Of a DNA stretch of 46,888 bases, positions 1 through 11,279 are shown in pieces. The position numbers and the translations under genes are program-made. Numbering within the stretch: position 1 is the stretch's first letter; every line of letters starts with the position of its first letter. The stretch is from Chromera velia (lineage: Eukaryota): positions 1 through 46,888 of the forward strand of contig JAHBMJ010000465.1 of assembly GCA_018398765.1 (NCBI GenBank). The letters are read 5' to 3'. The notes under the pieces are model-generated. The model worked only from the letters and a program-made list of their open reading frames with translations, searched no databases and was not told the DNA's origin.

Positions 1-19
1 GGAGGAGGAGGAGGAGGAG

Positions 20-50
<31 letters not shown>
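1..50. repeat. (GGA)n trinucleotide tract, poly-Ser on the - strand
   Basis: Directly visible. Confidence 0.95.
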
Positions 51-51
<1 letters not shown>

Positions 52-189
52 ACTAGCAGAAGAGGAGGACGAGGGGTCTGAGCCACCCCCCTCCCCTTCA
101 TTGCTTCGGGCTTTGTTTCCGGGTCCGGGGCCCCGGAGCGGCGGAGCGCTTGGCGGTGGAGGGGGGGTGTCTAGTAGATTGTTATGGGG

Positions 190-339
190 GTTCTGACATG
201 TTCTTGCGCCGGTGGGGTAGGCTCGGGTGTCTGCTGGAGCTTGGAGGGGGCAGATGTGACCATCTGTGCTGCACGGCCTCCCTTGCCGAACACATTGGCA
301 CGAGGTGCACCTTCCCCCCAACCTATGGCATGCACAGCA
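190..339 (-). other. CXC/CRC-like cysteine cluster within the decayed ORF
   Basis: Manual translation CCACHRLGGRCTSCQCVRQGRPCSTDGHICP...TCQNP resembles the tesmin/TSO1 CXC pattern CxC..C..CxC..C..C..CxN. The ORF track misses it because the frame has no stop before the window edge. Confidence 0.55.
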
Positions 340-639
340 TTCGCTTGCCCTCGCCTCTTGCGAGTTCCGGGGTGGGGGGGTGGGTGTTTTGGTGCTGTGC
401 CTGGCTGTTGTGTCTTCATCTTCGCTGTCCGAATGCTCTGAGTCCACCAGATCAGGGGGTTCGTCATCCTCTTCCTCTTGCTCCCTTTCTTCGCCGCCCC
501 GCCTCTCCTTCCATGTCCTTTTAAGGTGCCTCTCGCGGACTCTCTTGTCCGCTACCCATTTACACCTCTCGAGGAGGTCCGTTGGGGCTTCATCCGGCAC
601 TCCCAGGTACCCCTTTAGGGGGGTGGGGGTCTTGGCTGG

Positions 640-1395
640 TGTATCGCTGAGGCTTTCGGAGGTTTGCGTATGTGTGTGTGTGTATGGGGTTATGTATATG
701 GGGTGAGTGTCTGCAGGGGTGCTGGTGGTTGGAATGGGGCTGCCTCTGGGGGGTTGCTGAGGCTTTCTGGGGTCTGTGGGTGTATGTGCGTATGTGTGTG
801 TGTATGCGGGGTGGGTGTCTGCCGGGGTTCTGGTGGTTCGAAGGGGGCTGCCTCTGGGGTGTCGCTGAGGCTTTCTGAGGTCTGTGGGTAGGTGTGCTTG
901 TATGTGTGTGTATGCGGGGTGGGTGGCTTCGGGGGTTCTGGTAGTTGGAGGGGGGCTGCCTCTGGGGTGTCGCTGAGGCTTTCTGGGGTCTGTGGATATG
1001 TATGTGTGTGTGTATGTATATGCGGGGTAGGTGGCTTCGGGGGTTCTGGTGGTTGGAAGGGGGCTGCCTCTGGGGTGTTGCTGAGGCTTTCTGGGGTTTG
1101 TGGGTGTGTTTGCGTGTGTGTGTATGTATGTGGGGTGGGTGGCTTCGGGGGTTCTGGTGGTTGGAGGGGGGCTGCCTCTGGGGTGTCGCTGAGGCTTTCT
1201 GAGGTCTGTGGGTGTATGTGCATATGTGTGCGTGTATGCGGGGTGGGTGGCTTCGGGTGTTCTGGTAGTTGGAAGGGGGCTGCCTCAGATGTGTCACTGA
1301 GGCTTTCTGGGGTCTATAGGTGTGTGTGCTTGTGTATGTGTGTGGGTAGGATGGGTTTCTTTGGGGGTGCGGCGGCCGGTTGGAAGGGGGCTGCA
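640..1395 (-). repeat. 108-bp (36-aa) tandem repeat, ~7 copies, QTPESLSDTPEAAPxQPPEPPKPPTPHT...
   Basis: Unit starts at 721, 829, 937, 1045, 1153 and 1261, an exact 108-bp spacing, with partial flanking copies. Confidence 0.95.
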
Positions 1396-1916
1396 TCAGG
1401 GTTCAGTGAGGAGCACGTCGGGGACTGGGTGGAGGGCATGTTGCGGGAGGGGGGGGGGTTTACTGTCTGTGCGAGTGCGGGATGGGGTGAGGTCCTCATA
1501 GGGGTGGGGTTAGGGAGGAGTCCTGGGTCCAGACTGAGTGTTCGCAGGGCGGGCAGCTGTAGGGGGGAAGCATTGTGGATGGTGGTGCTCGGTGGTGAGA
1601 GGCGGCGGTGGGGGTGTGTATGAGGGGGGAAGGCGAAGGGGCAGCATCTGGTAGTCCTGCGGTCTTCCGGTTCGTTAAAGTCTCTGTCGTCCCATAGGTC
1701 TCTTTCCTCGGGGGGGGGGGAAGGGGGTCGGAGGGGGAGAGGGTCTGAGTTTTATCTGGGGACGCTCGCTTTGTCAAATCTCCATCTCCTGGATGGTGGT
1801 GGGGTTAGGGGGGTCCTGGTGAGTTGTGAGGAGGGCGTGACGGTGCCTATGTGAAAACGTTCTGGTGTGTGGTTGGGGGATGTGGGGGGCCGCGGTTGGG
1901 GTTAGGTGTGGGTGTG

Positions 1917-2032
1917 TCTTTGGATGGGTATGAGGGAACCTTCCCCCATCTGCCCGGGGGAGGGTCTGGCCTTGTCTTTGGATGGGTATGAGGGAACCTT
2001 CCCCCGTCTGCCCGGGGGAGGGTCTGGCCTTG
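1917..2032. repeat. 58-bp tandem duplication (frameshifting)
   Basis: 1917-1974 versus 1975-2032 with one mismatch (cccccatct/cccccgtct). Confidence 0.95.
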
Positions 2033-2204
2033 GGTTGGCCCCCCTCCCCCGCCGTACAACAATCCCCTAGAGGCACACGCACCCCCCCCTCCTGCTTGCG
2101 GGGAGAGGAAGGGCCGGCCGCCGTGTCACAGGCGTTTGGGCCCCCCTCCCCCCCAGCCATGTCACAGGCGTTTAGTTGTTCGCTTGGCCGTCGGACTCCC
2201 CTCC

Positions 2205-2560
2205 TGCTGTCTTCCTGTTGCTGGCTGTTTCTTTCTGTGTCTTGCTGTCGCTAGCTGTGTCTGTCTACATCTGTCTGAATCTGCGTCCCTCTGTGTCTGT
2301 CTATGTCTGTCTGCGTCTGTCTTTGTCTATCTGTGGCTGCCTGCGTCTGTCTGTGTCTGCCTGTAGCTGTCTGTATCCGCCTCCGGCTTTCTGTATCTCT
2401 ATGTCTGTGGCCGTCTGCATCTGTCTTGTCCTGCCGTCTTTTGCCTGTCTCCGTCTGCACCTGCACTGCGGCTGCTCTGGTCTGCCTTTTTGCTTTGACG
2501 ACTGTCTACATTTGGCTTTCTGTCTGTCTGTCTGTGCCTGCTTGTGTATCTGTCTGTTCT
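2205..2560. repeat. Degenerate (CTGT)n-like tract, read in frame as Q/T/D/R-rich sequence on the - strand
   Basis: Visible tctgtctg periodicity; lies in the frame of the decayed ORF. Confidence 0.7.
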
Positions 2561-4719
2561 TGGACCTGAGCTAAGGGTGCCTGAGAAGAGAAGGGAGGGG
2601 AATAGGAGGAGGAAAGGGAGGAGGAAGAGGAAGAGGACGAGGAAGAGGAAGATGAAGAGGAAGCGGGGGAAGGAGAGGAAGGTGAGTCAGAACAAGCAGG
2701 AGGGACAGGGCCTGGCATCTCCGACAGCGAGTTCTCGATCCCCTTCTGGAGGGCCTCATCATCCGTCAACCCCGCATTGGGTGTGAGGTTGGCTCCAGCT
2801 GGGCTGACATTTAGTCGGCAGACTATTGGGGTGATGGATGGCCTTGCCTGCCTGTCTGCTCGCTAGTCATCGAAGGGAGTTGTGCGGATGGCTGCCTCTA
2901 CCATTTTTTTGACTATCTGTGGCGTCTGGGGCTGTGCGGGCTGCCTCGGGTGCGGGTTCTCTCCCCTCCTCCATCTAGCTCTCCGCTCCTCCCTCTCTTG
3001 GATTTCCTTTTCTGCCTCCTCTTCCCATTCTCTGCGGGTTGCTGTCTTAACTCGCGCTCGGCGTTTCCTAGCCTGTCTGATTGGGTCAGCCATCCCTCGT
3101 CACAGCCCAGAGGGTCCAAAAGGTCCTTGAATCGGAAGGGGGAGGATTGGTGGTGTCTTGGGCGGGGGGGTTGGAAGGGTGTGGACGTCTGCCGTAATGA
3201 AGCTAGAGCTGGGTGGCAGCTGCCTTCGTTGCTCCGCCCTCCACTCCCTCGCTTCCTTCCTCACCCTTCCAACCGCTTTGGCGTGTCCCTTCCTCTCCTC
3301 CTCCCACCATTGCGCCCTTTTGATTCGGCCCTGCTCCACCCGGGGTGGGTCTGTCCGGCATGCGTTTGTGGCCAGTGCTGCAGCGTCTATCCACCTCCTC
3401 TCCTTCTCTTTGTCCCTCTCCACTGGGCCCCACGCACATACTGTGGCTGGCTGGCTGGGTGGAGAGAGCCTAGCTGTTGTTGCTTCCCACGCCCTCCCTG
3501 CCATGGGAAGGGCGGGGTAGTTTTCGTCCGTCTCGTCGGGGGGCCCATCTGGCTGAGAGGTGGACCTGCAGAGGGATGCACATGGTGGTGGAGAGTTAGC
3601 TACCCCGCTCGGGGGGGCTTCCTTGGCTGTGGACAGGCCCACTTCGCTGACGCCATCTGCCTTACTCTTTGACTGGCCTTTTGATGTTTTTTGACGTCCT
3701 GGGCGATGGCAGTCAGTGGTTGAAGACGGAGGAGTAGGAGATGTTGAAGACGGAGGAGGAGACGGTCCAGCTCTCTTATCAAAGAGGTCATGTCGAGATG
3801 GGGAAGGAGAAGATTGCTTGTGTTCAGGAGACTGCGACATGGGTGCTGCTCCTTTGCCGAGCTTCGATGGGTTTGTTCAATGGAGATAAAAGCAGCAATG
3901 AGGAATTCTATGCTTAATCTGAGTGATGCGTATACGTTCGGCCCTGCGTGGCCGCGTATCGGTTGCTCACGTCGCTGGGTTTGGCGGGTCCTTTCGCTCC
4001 CCCCACCGGTGTCCACGCTTCCGCGCCCCCGCGCTCCTTCCGGGAGCAAAGAGAGTGGCAAGCGGACACAGGAACCGGCCCAGCAGAGTGATGCTTAGAA
4101 GAGAAACAGACGGAGACGGCAGAGATAATTGGATGACCAGATCTCCTTTATTTCTCAACCATTTTTCTTTAGAAAAGTACGAGCGGGTATCTTCTTATAT
4201 CAGAAGGTAGTGTCCTTTGTGAAAAGACTGATCGAGTAGAAAAGGTTCAAGGAGGTCTTTATAGGTAAAAAGCACCATAATAGACGTCTAGCGTTCGGCA
4301 AGTCACAACATGTAAGGCAGATTGTTAAATAATGGACCCTCATTTCGCAATATTTGGCAAATAGCTTAACAACTTCATTTTTTTTCAAACTCTTCCACTT
4401 CTGGAAAAAATAACTTTAAAATTATTATTAAATAAGCTAGTAAAGAAGTTATATTATAAGTTTACATGATGACATTGACATTGTTGTACTGTGTATCGTC
4501 ATTACTATCGTGATATAACAAATCAATCCATTTTTGTAGGGAAAACTTCATTTTCTAGTTTATTTTCTAGCTGTTAGTACAGTCTGAGAGTCAAATTTGA
4601 AAACTGATCCCCTCCATGCCCGGGATGTTCTTCAACAGAGCAACAAGTAAAGGCATAATACTAACTACTATAAATGGTGTGAGTCTCCACAAGCTAGGTA
4701 CCTACTTTCCTTCTTACAG

Positions 4720-5670
4720 ACTAAGTTACAGTTCCTCTTCTTGGTTCTCCTCCTCTTTTCCATACTCGTCATCCTCATTGACAGACTGCAGGAAAGTAGA
4801 CAGCAAGACAGTCAAAGTTATCACATAGTTTGTTTATTCAGTCATGGAGCCTTGAAGAAAATAAGTAAGAGAAAGGGCAGCAGAAGACCCCAAAAAGGAA
4901 CATTTAAAGTTATCTGTTCTGATTTGCAAGCCACAGTCTCAAGCCAGAAACATCTGATTCAAGGACTTAATTTTTTTATTGGAAAGGATTGGCCCAGCAC
5001 TGCATGGCAGACTGTTTCAGACAAACCTCGAGGAAGAGAGATGCGTTACCGACTTCCATCTCGTTCTGGATTTCTTTTTGCATGACTTTTTCTGTCCTTT
5101 GGATGTAGGGTGCCCATCCTCTGTGCTCAGGAGGCGGCGCACCGAAGTGCTTCCCCGGCCAGTCCGTCAGCTGGTCCCCCTCCTGGCAGCCTGCGCCTCC
5201 ACGATTCGGACGAGTCCCTCCCTCACGCCCCCTTCCACCCCTCAAACCTTTCCCTCCCCTTTCTTTTCCTCTGCAGCTCGTCTCCTTCCCTGTCACCCTC
5301 TGTCTCCCAGAGGAAACAGTTACCGATATAGCAGACTACTGCAGTGAAAGAAGACCCTGCTGCGGCTGTTTAAACCTTCTCAGATTTTCTAGGGCGGCGG
5401 CCCTGCCTCCCCAGACCGAGGCCGAGCGCTTCAACAGAGAGCAAATGCCCGCTTAACGTTTTCTCATCTCTTTCCATACACTTTTTTCCTTTCTCTTCCT
5501 GGACTTCCTCATCAAGACCTTCACCTATCCTGTCATCCTCGGTAACGGGCTTGAATCTGTACCCCATTATCACGTTTGTGCACCTTCCCTCTCCCAGTTT
5601 GAATTGAAGAGCACCCGATACGGTCTTCCCTTCCCTACTGCTCCAAAGCACACGTTTCCATCATAGTTGC
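4720..5670 (-). pseudogene. GC-richer island between AT-rich spacers; possible decayed coding relic of unknown family
   Basis: Short charged ORF pieces (5370..5651, 4976..5296) with no recognisable domain and no convincing splice chain. Confidence 0.25.
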
Positions 5671-6212
5671 GTAGATTTAGTTTTTAATAGACTATGTGAT
5701 GTAAAGTTATTTACATACTATAGAATTGTTAATTATAGCAGTAGTAGGTCTGCAATATCAATGTATAGAATATTATTCATTCTGGTACTGCTAGTTAGTA
5801 GTATATCTATTGTTACGATGATTCATTTTAGGATTCATTAATGAAAGGTTTAAGTTATTGGCTGGATTATAGGGTGGCAGATTATATACGTACCCGGTTG
5901 GGCTCCTAAATATTTGCAGCGTCTTTGTAATCAAGCTCGTCAATAACGTTCGTACAATTTTAATCTAGAATTTTATTATATTAAATACGAATCAATCAAT
6001 CAATTTACAAAATTTTGAGGCATTCCTCAATTTTTTTTTATGAACTTTAATTTCACTGCTATAAAAATCAATCAATCACTATTGATAGATTCATCATAAT
6101 CATGAATGATTGATCTATCATCTATATTAATTAATTGATATTGAAATGCATGAAAAGATCAATTACTAAACAAATATACTATTTAAGTAGCTATTTAAAG
6201 TAAACATCAAGT

Positions 6213-6431
6213 AGTGAATGAATGAATGAATCAGTGAATGAACAAACAAACGAACGAAAGAAAGTAAGAAACAGAGAAAGAAAAAAAAGGGGGAAAAGCT
6301 TGCAGCTCGACTATAGGGCGGAAGGAAGGAAAGATAGATAGATAGAAAGAAAGAAAAAAAGCTAGAAAAAAAGCCACAGAGACAGAGACAGAGACAGAGT
6401 TGACAGACAGACAGACAGACAGAGAGTCTCT

Positions 6432-6479
<48 letters not shown>

Positions 6480-6536
6480 GCCTGAGCCTGGACCTGCGAA
6501 AGAGAGAAAGAAAAAAGAAAGAGAGAGGGAGGGAGG

Positions 6537-6608
<72 letters not shown>

Positions 6609-6655
6609 CTATATGTTTCTTCTTCTCGGTCCTTTTCTTCAGACAGGCAGACAGG

Positions 6656-6695
<40 letters not shown>

Positions 6696-6744
6696 AAGAA
6701 AGAACGAAAGAAAGAACGAAAGAAAGAAAGAAAGAAAGAAAGAA

Positions 6745-6775
<31 letters not shown>

Positions 6776-6910
6776 GAGGAAGGAAGGCAAGGAGAAAGGG
6801 AAGGACAGAATGAAGGATACAGAAAAAAGGGAGCGGGGGTCCAGGAAGGAAGGAAGGAAGCGAGCAGGCAAGCGAGCAAGCTAGCGAACATACAAGCAAG
6901 CAAGCAAGAC
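6213..6910. repeat. Compound microsatellite block: (GAAT)n, (GAAA)n, (GATA)n, (GACA)n, (GA)n, (GGAA)n, (GCAA)n
   Basis: Directly visible; explains the spurious ORFs at 6166-7044. Confidence 0.95.
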
Positions 6911-7958
6911 GGGAGAAACAAATAAATGCAAAAAGGAAGAAGCCTACGAAGACCAACGAAGAAAGAAATAGCGGGAACGACGAAAAGGGGTATGGGAGAC
7001 AGGAAGAGAAAAAAACGAAAACGAAGGATTGTTTTGCTTGTCATCCTACCAGAACATTTTCTGGCGTGGTTTCACAGCAAGGCCGCTGCCAGGCACGTGA
7101 AAAGGCGAACAGAAGATTGGACATATTCAACAACAAAGTGGACGCCATGGTTGCGGGGGGAAACAAGAATACACATAATCCCCTATTCTCCCGATATTGG
7201 GAAAGATGAAGAATTGAGAGAGTCCTTTGAAAACCAGTTACGGAAAGTGCTCAAGACAGTCAGAAGGCAAAAGAGCTGGGAAGAGGGGGCTGGAAGGGAG
7301 ACAGACATGAAGAGAGGAAGCTGCAATCCTGCTCTCAGCAGAACATGTCTTCGGTCTGATCTTCACCGTTACACGTTCACTCATTGAATTTGTCTGATGC
7401 GCGTCCACCTCAGTGAACAACCATTGTGTCGATAAATCTTCAGACCATGTGCAGGGGGAACCGTGACAGACAGATTTAAGCTTTACCTGATCCAACCCAA
7501 TCGCTATACATGTCTCTGCACAGCACCACACGCATCAAGAGCCAGTCTGTGTGAGAGGTGTACCGACGCACGCCCTTGTCACTTTGCGCTTCCCGCAGAG
7601 GAATCGTGTCATTTCCCCCCCAACGTGGATGGATGAAAGTGAGGCATTAAGCAATGTACTAGGGCGGCTCAAAGCAAAAGAGCCCCCAGGATTCGGGAAC
7701 TTCAATCAAGGACGCGATTGAATCGACGCACACAATCCCCTGCTACCCCCTTTCTTCCCTTCCACTTGAATTAAAGGAAAGGCCCTGAAGCGTACAACAG
7801 CAGACTACTCGACCCCCCTGATGTCCAGCAAGCCAGACGCGCTTTCTCCCCACCCCCCCGACATCCTGCACTCTTGTGGCTTTCAGGTGCTATCAGGCCC
7901 AGGACCCAATCGTATCGATCGATCCTCCTTTCTTTCCTTCAGGAAGTTCTCCTTCGGC

Positions 7959-8150
7959 TCAGTCGAATTTCCTCCGTTGCGACTTGGATCCACTGCCTGG
8001 GCCCTTCCTGGGCGGCGCGGGTTTGTTTGGGCTGCCTCCGAGGGGAGAGAAGGCAGTGAGAAGAACAAAACAGACGATGAGGAGAAAGCCAATGAGACCC
8101 CAGATGAGGACCCAGTTCTCCTCGTAGTTGATCGTCTCTGCAATTCCCAT
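7959..8150 (-). CDS. Candidate 63-aa single-pass membrane microprotein
   Basis: MGIAETINYEENWVLIWGLIGFLLIVCFVLLTAFSPLGGSPNKPAPPRKGPGSGSKSQRRKFD*: acidic N-terminus, ~21-aa hydrophobic helix and basic C-tail (fits the positive-inside rule). ATG at 8150. Confidence 0.55.
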   Translation of the reverse strand: MGIAETINYEENWVLIWGLIGFLLIVCFVLLTAFSPLGGSPNKPAPPRKGPGSGSKSQRRKFD

Positions 8151-8634
8151 TCTCTGTCTGATTGGCTGCTTTGGCGACAAAGCAAAACAAAGCCAGTGAC
8201 ACGTCTGCCTACTCAGAAGGGGACGTTTCCACTCGTGTAGACGGTCGCTTACTGCCTCGACTCACGCTGACGCCCTTTTTGCGTCCTTGTCTTTTTTCAT
8301 GCGTTGTTTCCCTGAGATACCCCGAAAGTCTAGTGAGTCTGCGTCTGCGGGTTCTAAGTTCAAGGAATGGCAGCCGGTGTGCTTCGATCAAACTCTGTCC
8401 GTCCTGTTCAAGGATTCTTTTTCAAGGTAAGGGACTCCATTCAAGCACTGAGAGGTATGTATATGGAAACACGGCAGATCGAAACTGTTTTGCGTTGAAT
8501 CTTTGCGTGTGTTGTTTTCAATGAACAACATGCAGGCGTTTCACAATCCGAGCGATTCCGAGCTCGACTCCACGCGCATGCAATGCCGTCTCCGCCGTCT
8601 CCGAAGTTCACACTGAGTTCGGAAGGTCCCCATA

Positions 8635-9132
8635 ATGCTTAGATCCTGTCAAGCTATGTCACGGTCCGATCAAACCACCTCGTCTCTGAGAGCAGAGAGC
8701 CCGTGGGTCATAGACTGGCAGCAAGACTCAGAAGGAATCGCAGCCTGAGCAAAGGATCCCGCATCATCGGAGGAGGAAGGTGTTATCACCGTCTCGGAAG
8801 TCATCGACCTTCGTCAGTGTCCGCCAACGCAATCGTTGTTCGGTGTGCCCCAAGTAGCCCGTCTACCCTCCTTAATCGACGAAAGGAATTGTACAGTAGT
8901 CGCCGACCTTTCCAGCTACCCTTATTTCTCATTTGCGTCGGAAAGCGATTCACTCAGCAGAGCGGCTGAAATCTTTATTCTCTTGAACCATCTGAGAATC
9001 TACCGGATCTGCCATATGGCCGCAGTTTCCCCCGAAGTTTCCTGCCTTGACGGGAGCGTGGAGGTGGGATTCCGTGGTGCAGTCGCTGGGACTCTACTGG
9101 GGACATTCTTCGGAAAGGAACTTATCGAGTGA
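8635..9132 (+). pseudogene. Interrupted ORF of unknown family
   Basis: ATG 8635 is in frame with ORF 8836..9132, with a single TGA at 8746-8748 between them. Protein-like composition; no domain recognised. Confidence 0.3.
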
Positions 9133-9935
9133 GTCAATTCAGTCAGGCAGTGCGGGAATCTTCTGCCCTTCTAGCTGGATGTATTTTATTCTGGAAAGGG
9201 CACGGATCGCCAAAAGTAATTTAGGGATCTACTTATTCTTGAGATAAAGCCATGAGGTGACGTGCAATGGTTCCTTTCCGCTCTTGCCCGGCCTTTGTTG
9301 AATGTGCTCGGGCAGTACTTAGCACCGTCACCATTTCTCCCCCGTCGTCTCTGGCCCCACATGAGGGCGCTCGTCTCTTTGAAGCACGTCCTTCATTCAT
9401 CCTTCCTTTCTGCTGTCGTTCATTCCACCCCTCGCAGTGCCAACCGAGGCCTGATTGACCCCCCACCCCCTCCACCGTCCCAGGGCCCTCCCGATTCTTC
9501 TTCCTCCTCATCTTCATCCAGTGCCTCCTCGTCCTCCACTTCTAGTGGGAAGGGGGCGGGGGGGAGTAGAATAGGGGTGATGGGGTTTCTCCAGAGCAGA
9601 GCTAGGAAAACTGGACTAAGAATGAAAGAGACGGCAGTGGGGATCTGGAACAAGCAGCCTGTGCGCCTAGCTCGGTGTGCTGGAAAGTGCGCGGCTTGTG
9701 GAGGTGTTTGGTCATGTCAGTCGAACCTCGCGAGCTTAAAGTGGCCCTCTGGAATTCTTTTCGTGCTTACAAAATGTCTAGTGACTAAGGAGTTCCCAGC
9801 TTAGCTGCCTTCCTTTTCTTCTTTTCTGTTCGTTTTCTCCTTGCTAATCGTCCACCCAGAATCGAAAACCCGGCTTAGGTGTCTCTCTCCACTATTTCTT
9901 GGTTGCTGACCTTCTCTCTATCTTGTCTACTGTGA

Positions 9936-11273
9936 TTGCGTTGTATGTGTGTGGTTATGGTCCGTCCTCTGTTGAAAGTGGGAGTCTTTCATCATGGCTT
10001 CTTTTTTTTCTCCACGTTCTGGCAACCTCATCCGCCTCTGTCTTTCTCGTCCTATCACTGGTCCGAAAAAGTTACCTCCAGAGTGGCTCCCTCACCCCCC
10101 CCATCAACGTTTTCTGGTCCGACTGAGGAACTACCCCAGCGGATCCGTAACTACGTTTCCCTCTCCACGGTTCTGTTACAACGGGCTCTGTTGCTCCCTT
10201 GTCCTCTGACTGCAGTTGTCGGTGCTTTTCTGGGATGCACGCTGAGCCGGTTAGGGGTTCCATTTCCTTTTGATGCCATCGTCGCGGGGGGCACGGCGGG
10301 ACTTTATGTGTCGGTTGCCTTTGTATTCTTTGATGCTTGCATGTGCCTGTTGGGTGATTTGTTTTTCTCTCCGATTCTTGGGCTTTCGCATTCGAGGGAC
10401 TTTCTTCTTCTGCAGACATCGCCGTCCTGTTTTCTCTTGCTGTGCGTCTCGCCCCATGCCACATTGTTTGGCGCTATTGTATGCACTCACTTGGGTCGGT
10501 GCTGGGCTGAGCACGCAAGTCTGTCGGTGTTTTTGCTCATGTCGATGTGTTTTGGGACCATATAGGTCTGTAAATGAGTGAGCGAGGGTGTCTATATACA
10601 CGAAATCATATGCCATTTTTTGTGAGAGTGCTCCGTCGTGTTCACGCGTACTGATGGATGGATAAGTATCTCTGATCTCACTGTGCGTGCCTTTGTTGTT
10701 GCGTTATCCATCGTTTTGCACACGCACGCTTTCTCAGTGAACGTTCTTATTGGTTTATCTGCGATCATGTTCCATGCACACTCCTCTTCTCACCTTTTTG
10801 TTCGCATGTGACTACGTAATTTTGCTTGCAGTTCTCGGGTCATTTTGAAGCAACAGTTGCCTTTTGTCGGTTACTTCGCACTCGGAAGTGCAGCCTTCAG
10901 GTGGGACGCGAAACAGCGGCATGTCTGCTTTCAGGAATTTAACCAAATTTCATCAACTCACAGATTTGTCCGTCATTTTTTCTCTTCCTCTCTCCTCGGA
11001 TGTTTTTCTTTCTGAGAAGTGTGTCTCCCTGCTGCGTCCCTTGGATGTCTCCTGTATCTTCCCTTGGTATTTGGTGATGCCTTCCTGCCTGGCTGCATCC
11101 TCGACATTATATTACGCCATCGCCATCGGCCCATCTGCCTGGCTGCATGCAGTGTCTTCAGCCATGCGAACAGCTACCTGGAGAGGGAAAAAGCAAAACC
11201 TGGCGGCACTAGTAGAAAGACCCCAACAGTAGCAGCTGCACCCTCGAAGGCTCTTAGTAAAGAACAAATGTGA
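9936..11273 (+). pseudogene. Decayed intronless multi-pass membrane protein gene
   Basis: Several hydrophobic segments (AVVGAFLGCTLSRLGVPFPFDAIVAGGTAGLYVSVAFVFF; AFVVALSIVLHTHAFSVNVLIGLSAIMF; IFPWYLVMPSCLAASSTLYYAIAIG) broken by stops (e.g. TAG 10563) and frame changes. Confidence 0.4.
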
Positions 11274-11279
11274 AGTGAC

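Larger units (their letters stand above)
1..3840 (-). pseudogene. Decayed intronless long ORF (>1250 codons, open off the left edge); possible 5' region of a non-LTR retroelement
   Basis: ATG at 3840 follows an upstream in-frame stop (3877-3879). ORF-track pieces 3100..3840, 2863..3093, 2506..2769, 2251..2466 and 1774..2160 share one frame, separated only by single stops (TGA 3100, TAG 2863, TAG 2506, TAG 2251). A 58-bp duplication (1917-2032) shifts the frame, giving TAA 1902, TAA 1752 and TAG 1314. A 14-bp duplication (677-704) shifts into a frame open to position 1. No introns, unlike the neighbouring host genes. The retroelement call is inference; no RT is visible in the window. Confidence 0.7.

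Noticed and set aside
640..1395. CRISPR-like array
   Set aside because: The whole 108-bp unit repeats in tandem with no unique spacers; it is a coding minisatellite in eukaryotic DNA.
1710..1720. G11 run as the frameshift site of the decayed ORF
   Set aside because: Possible, but the 58-bp duplication already explains the frame change and gives a continuous sensible translation through the run.
6166..7044. 292-aa hydrophobic ORF and overlapping ORFs
   Set aside because: Translation of microsatellites (FLSF/SVCL repeats).
9262..9804. Intact CDS call for the 180-aa Ser/Pro-rich ORF
   Set aside because: Non-ATG start, low complexity and an equally plausible interrupted reading on the opposite strand; strand and function cannot be supported.
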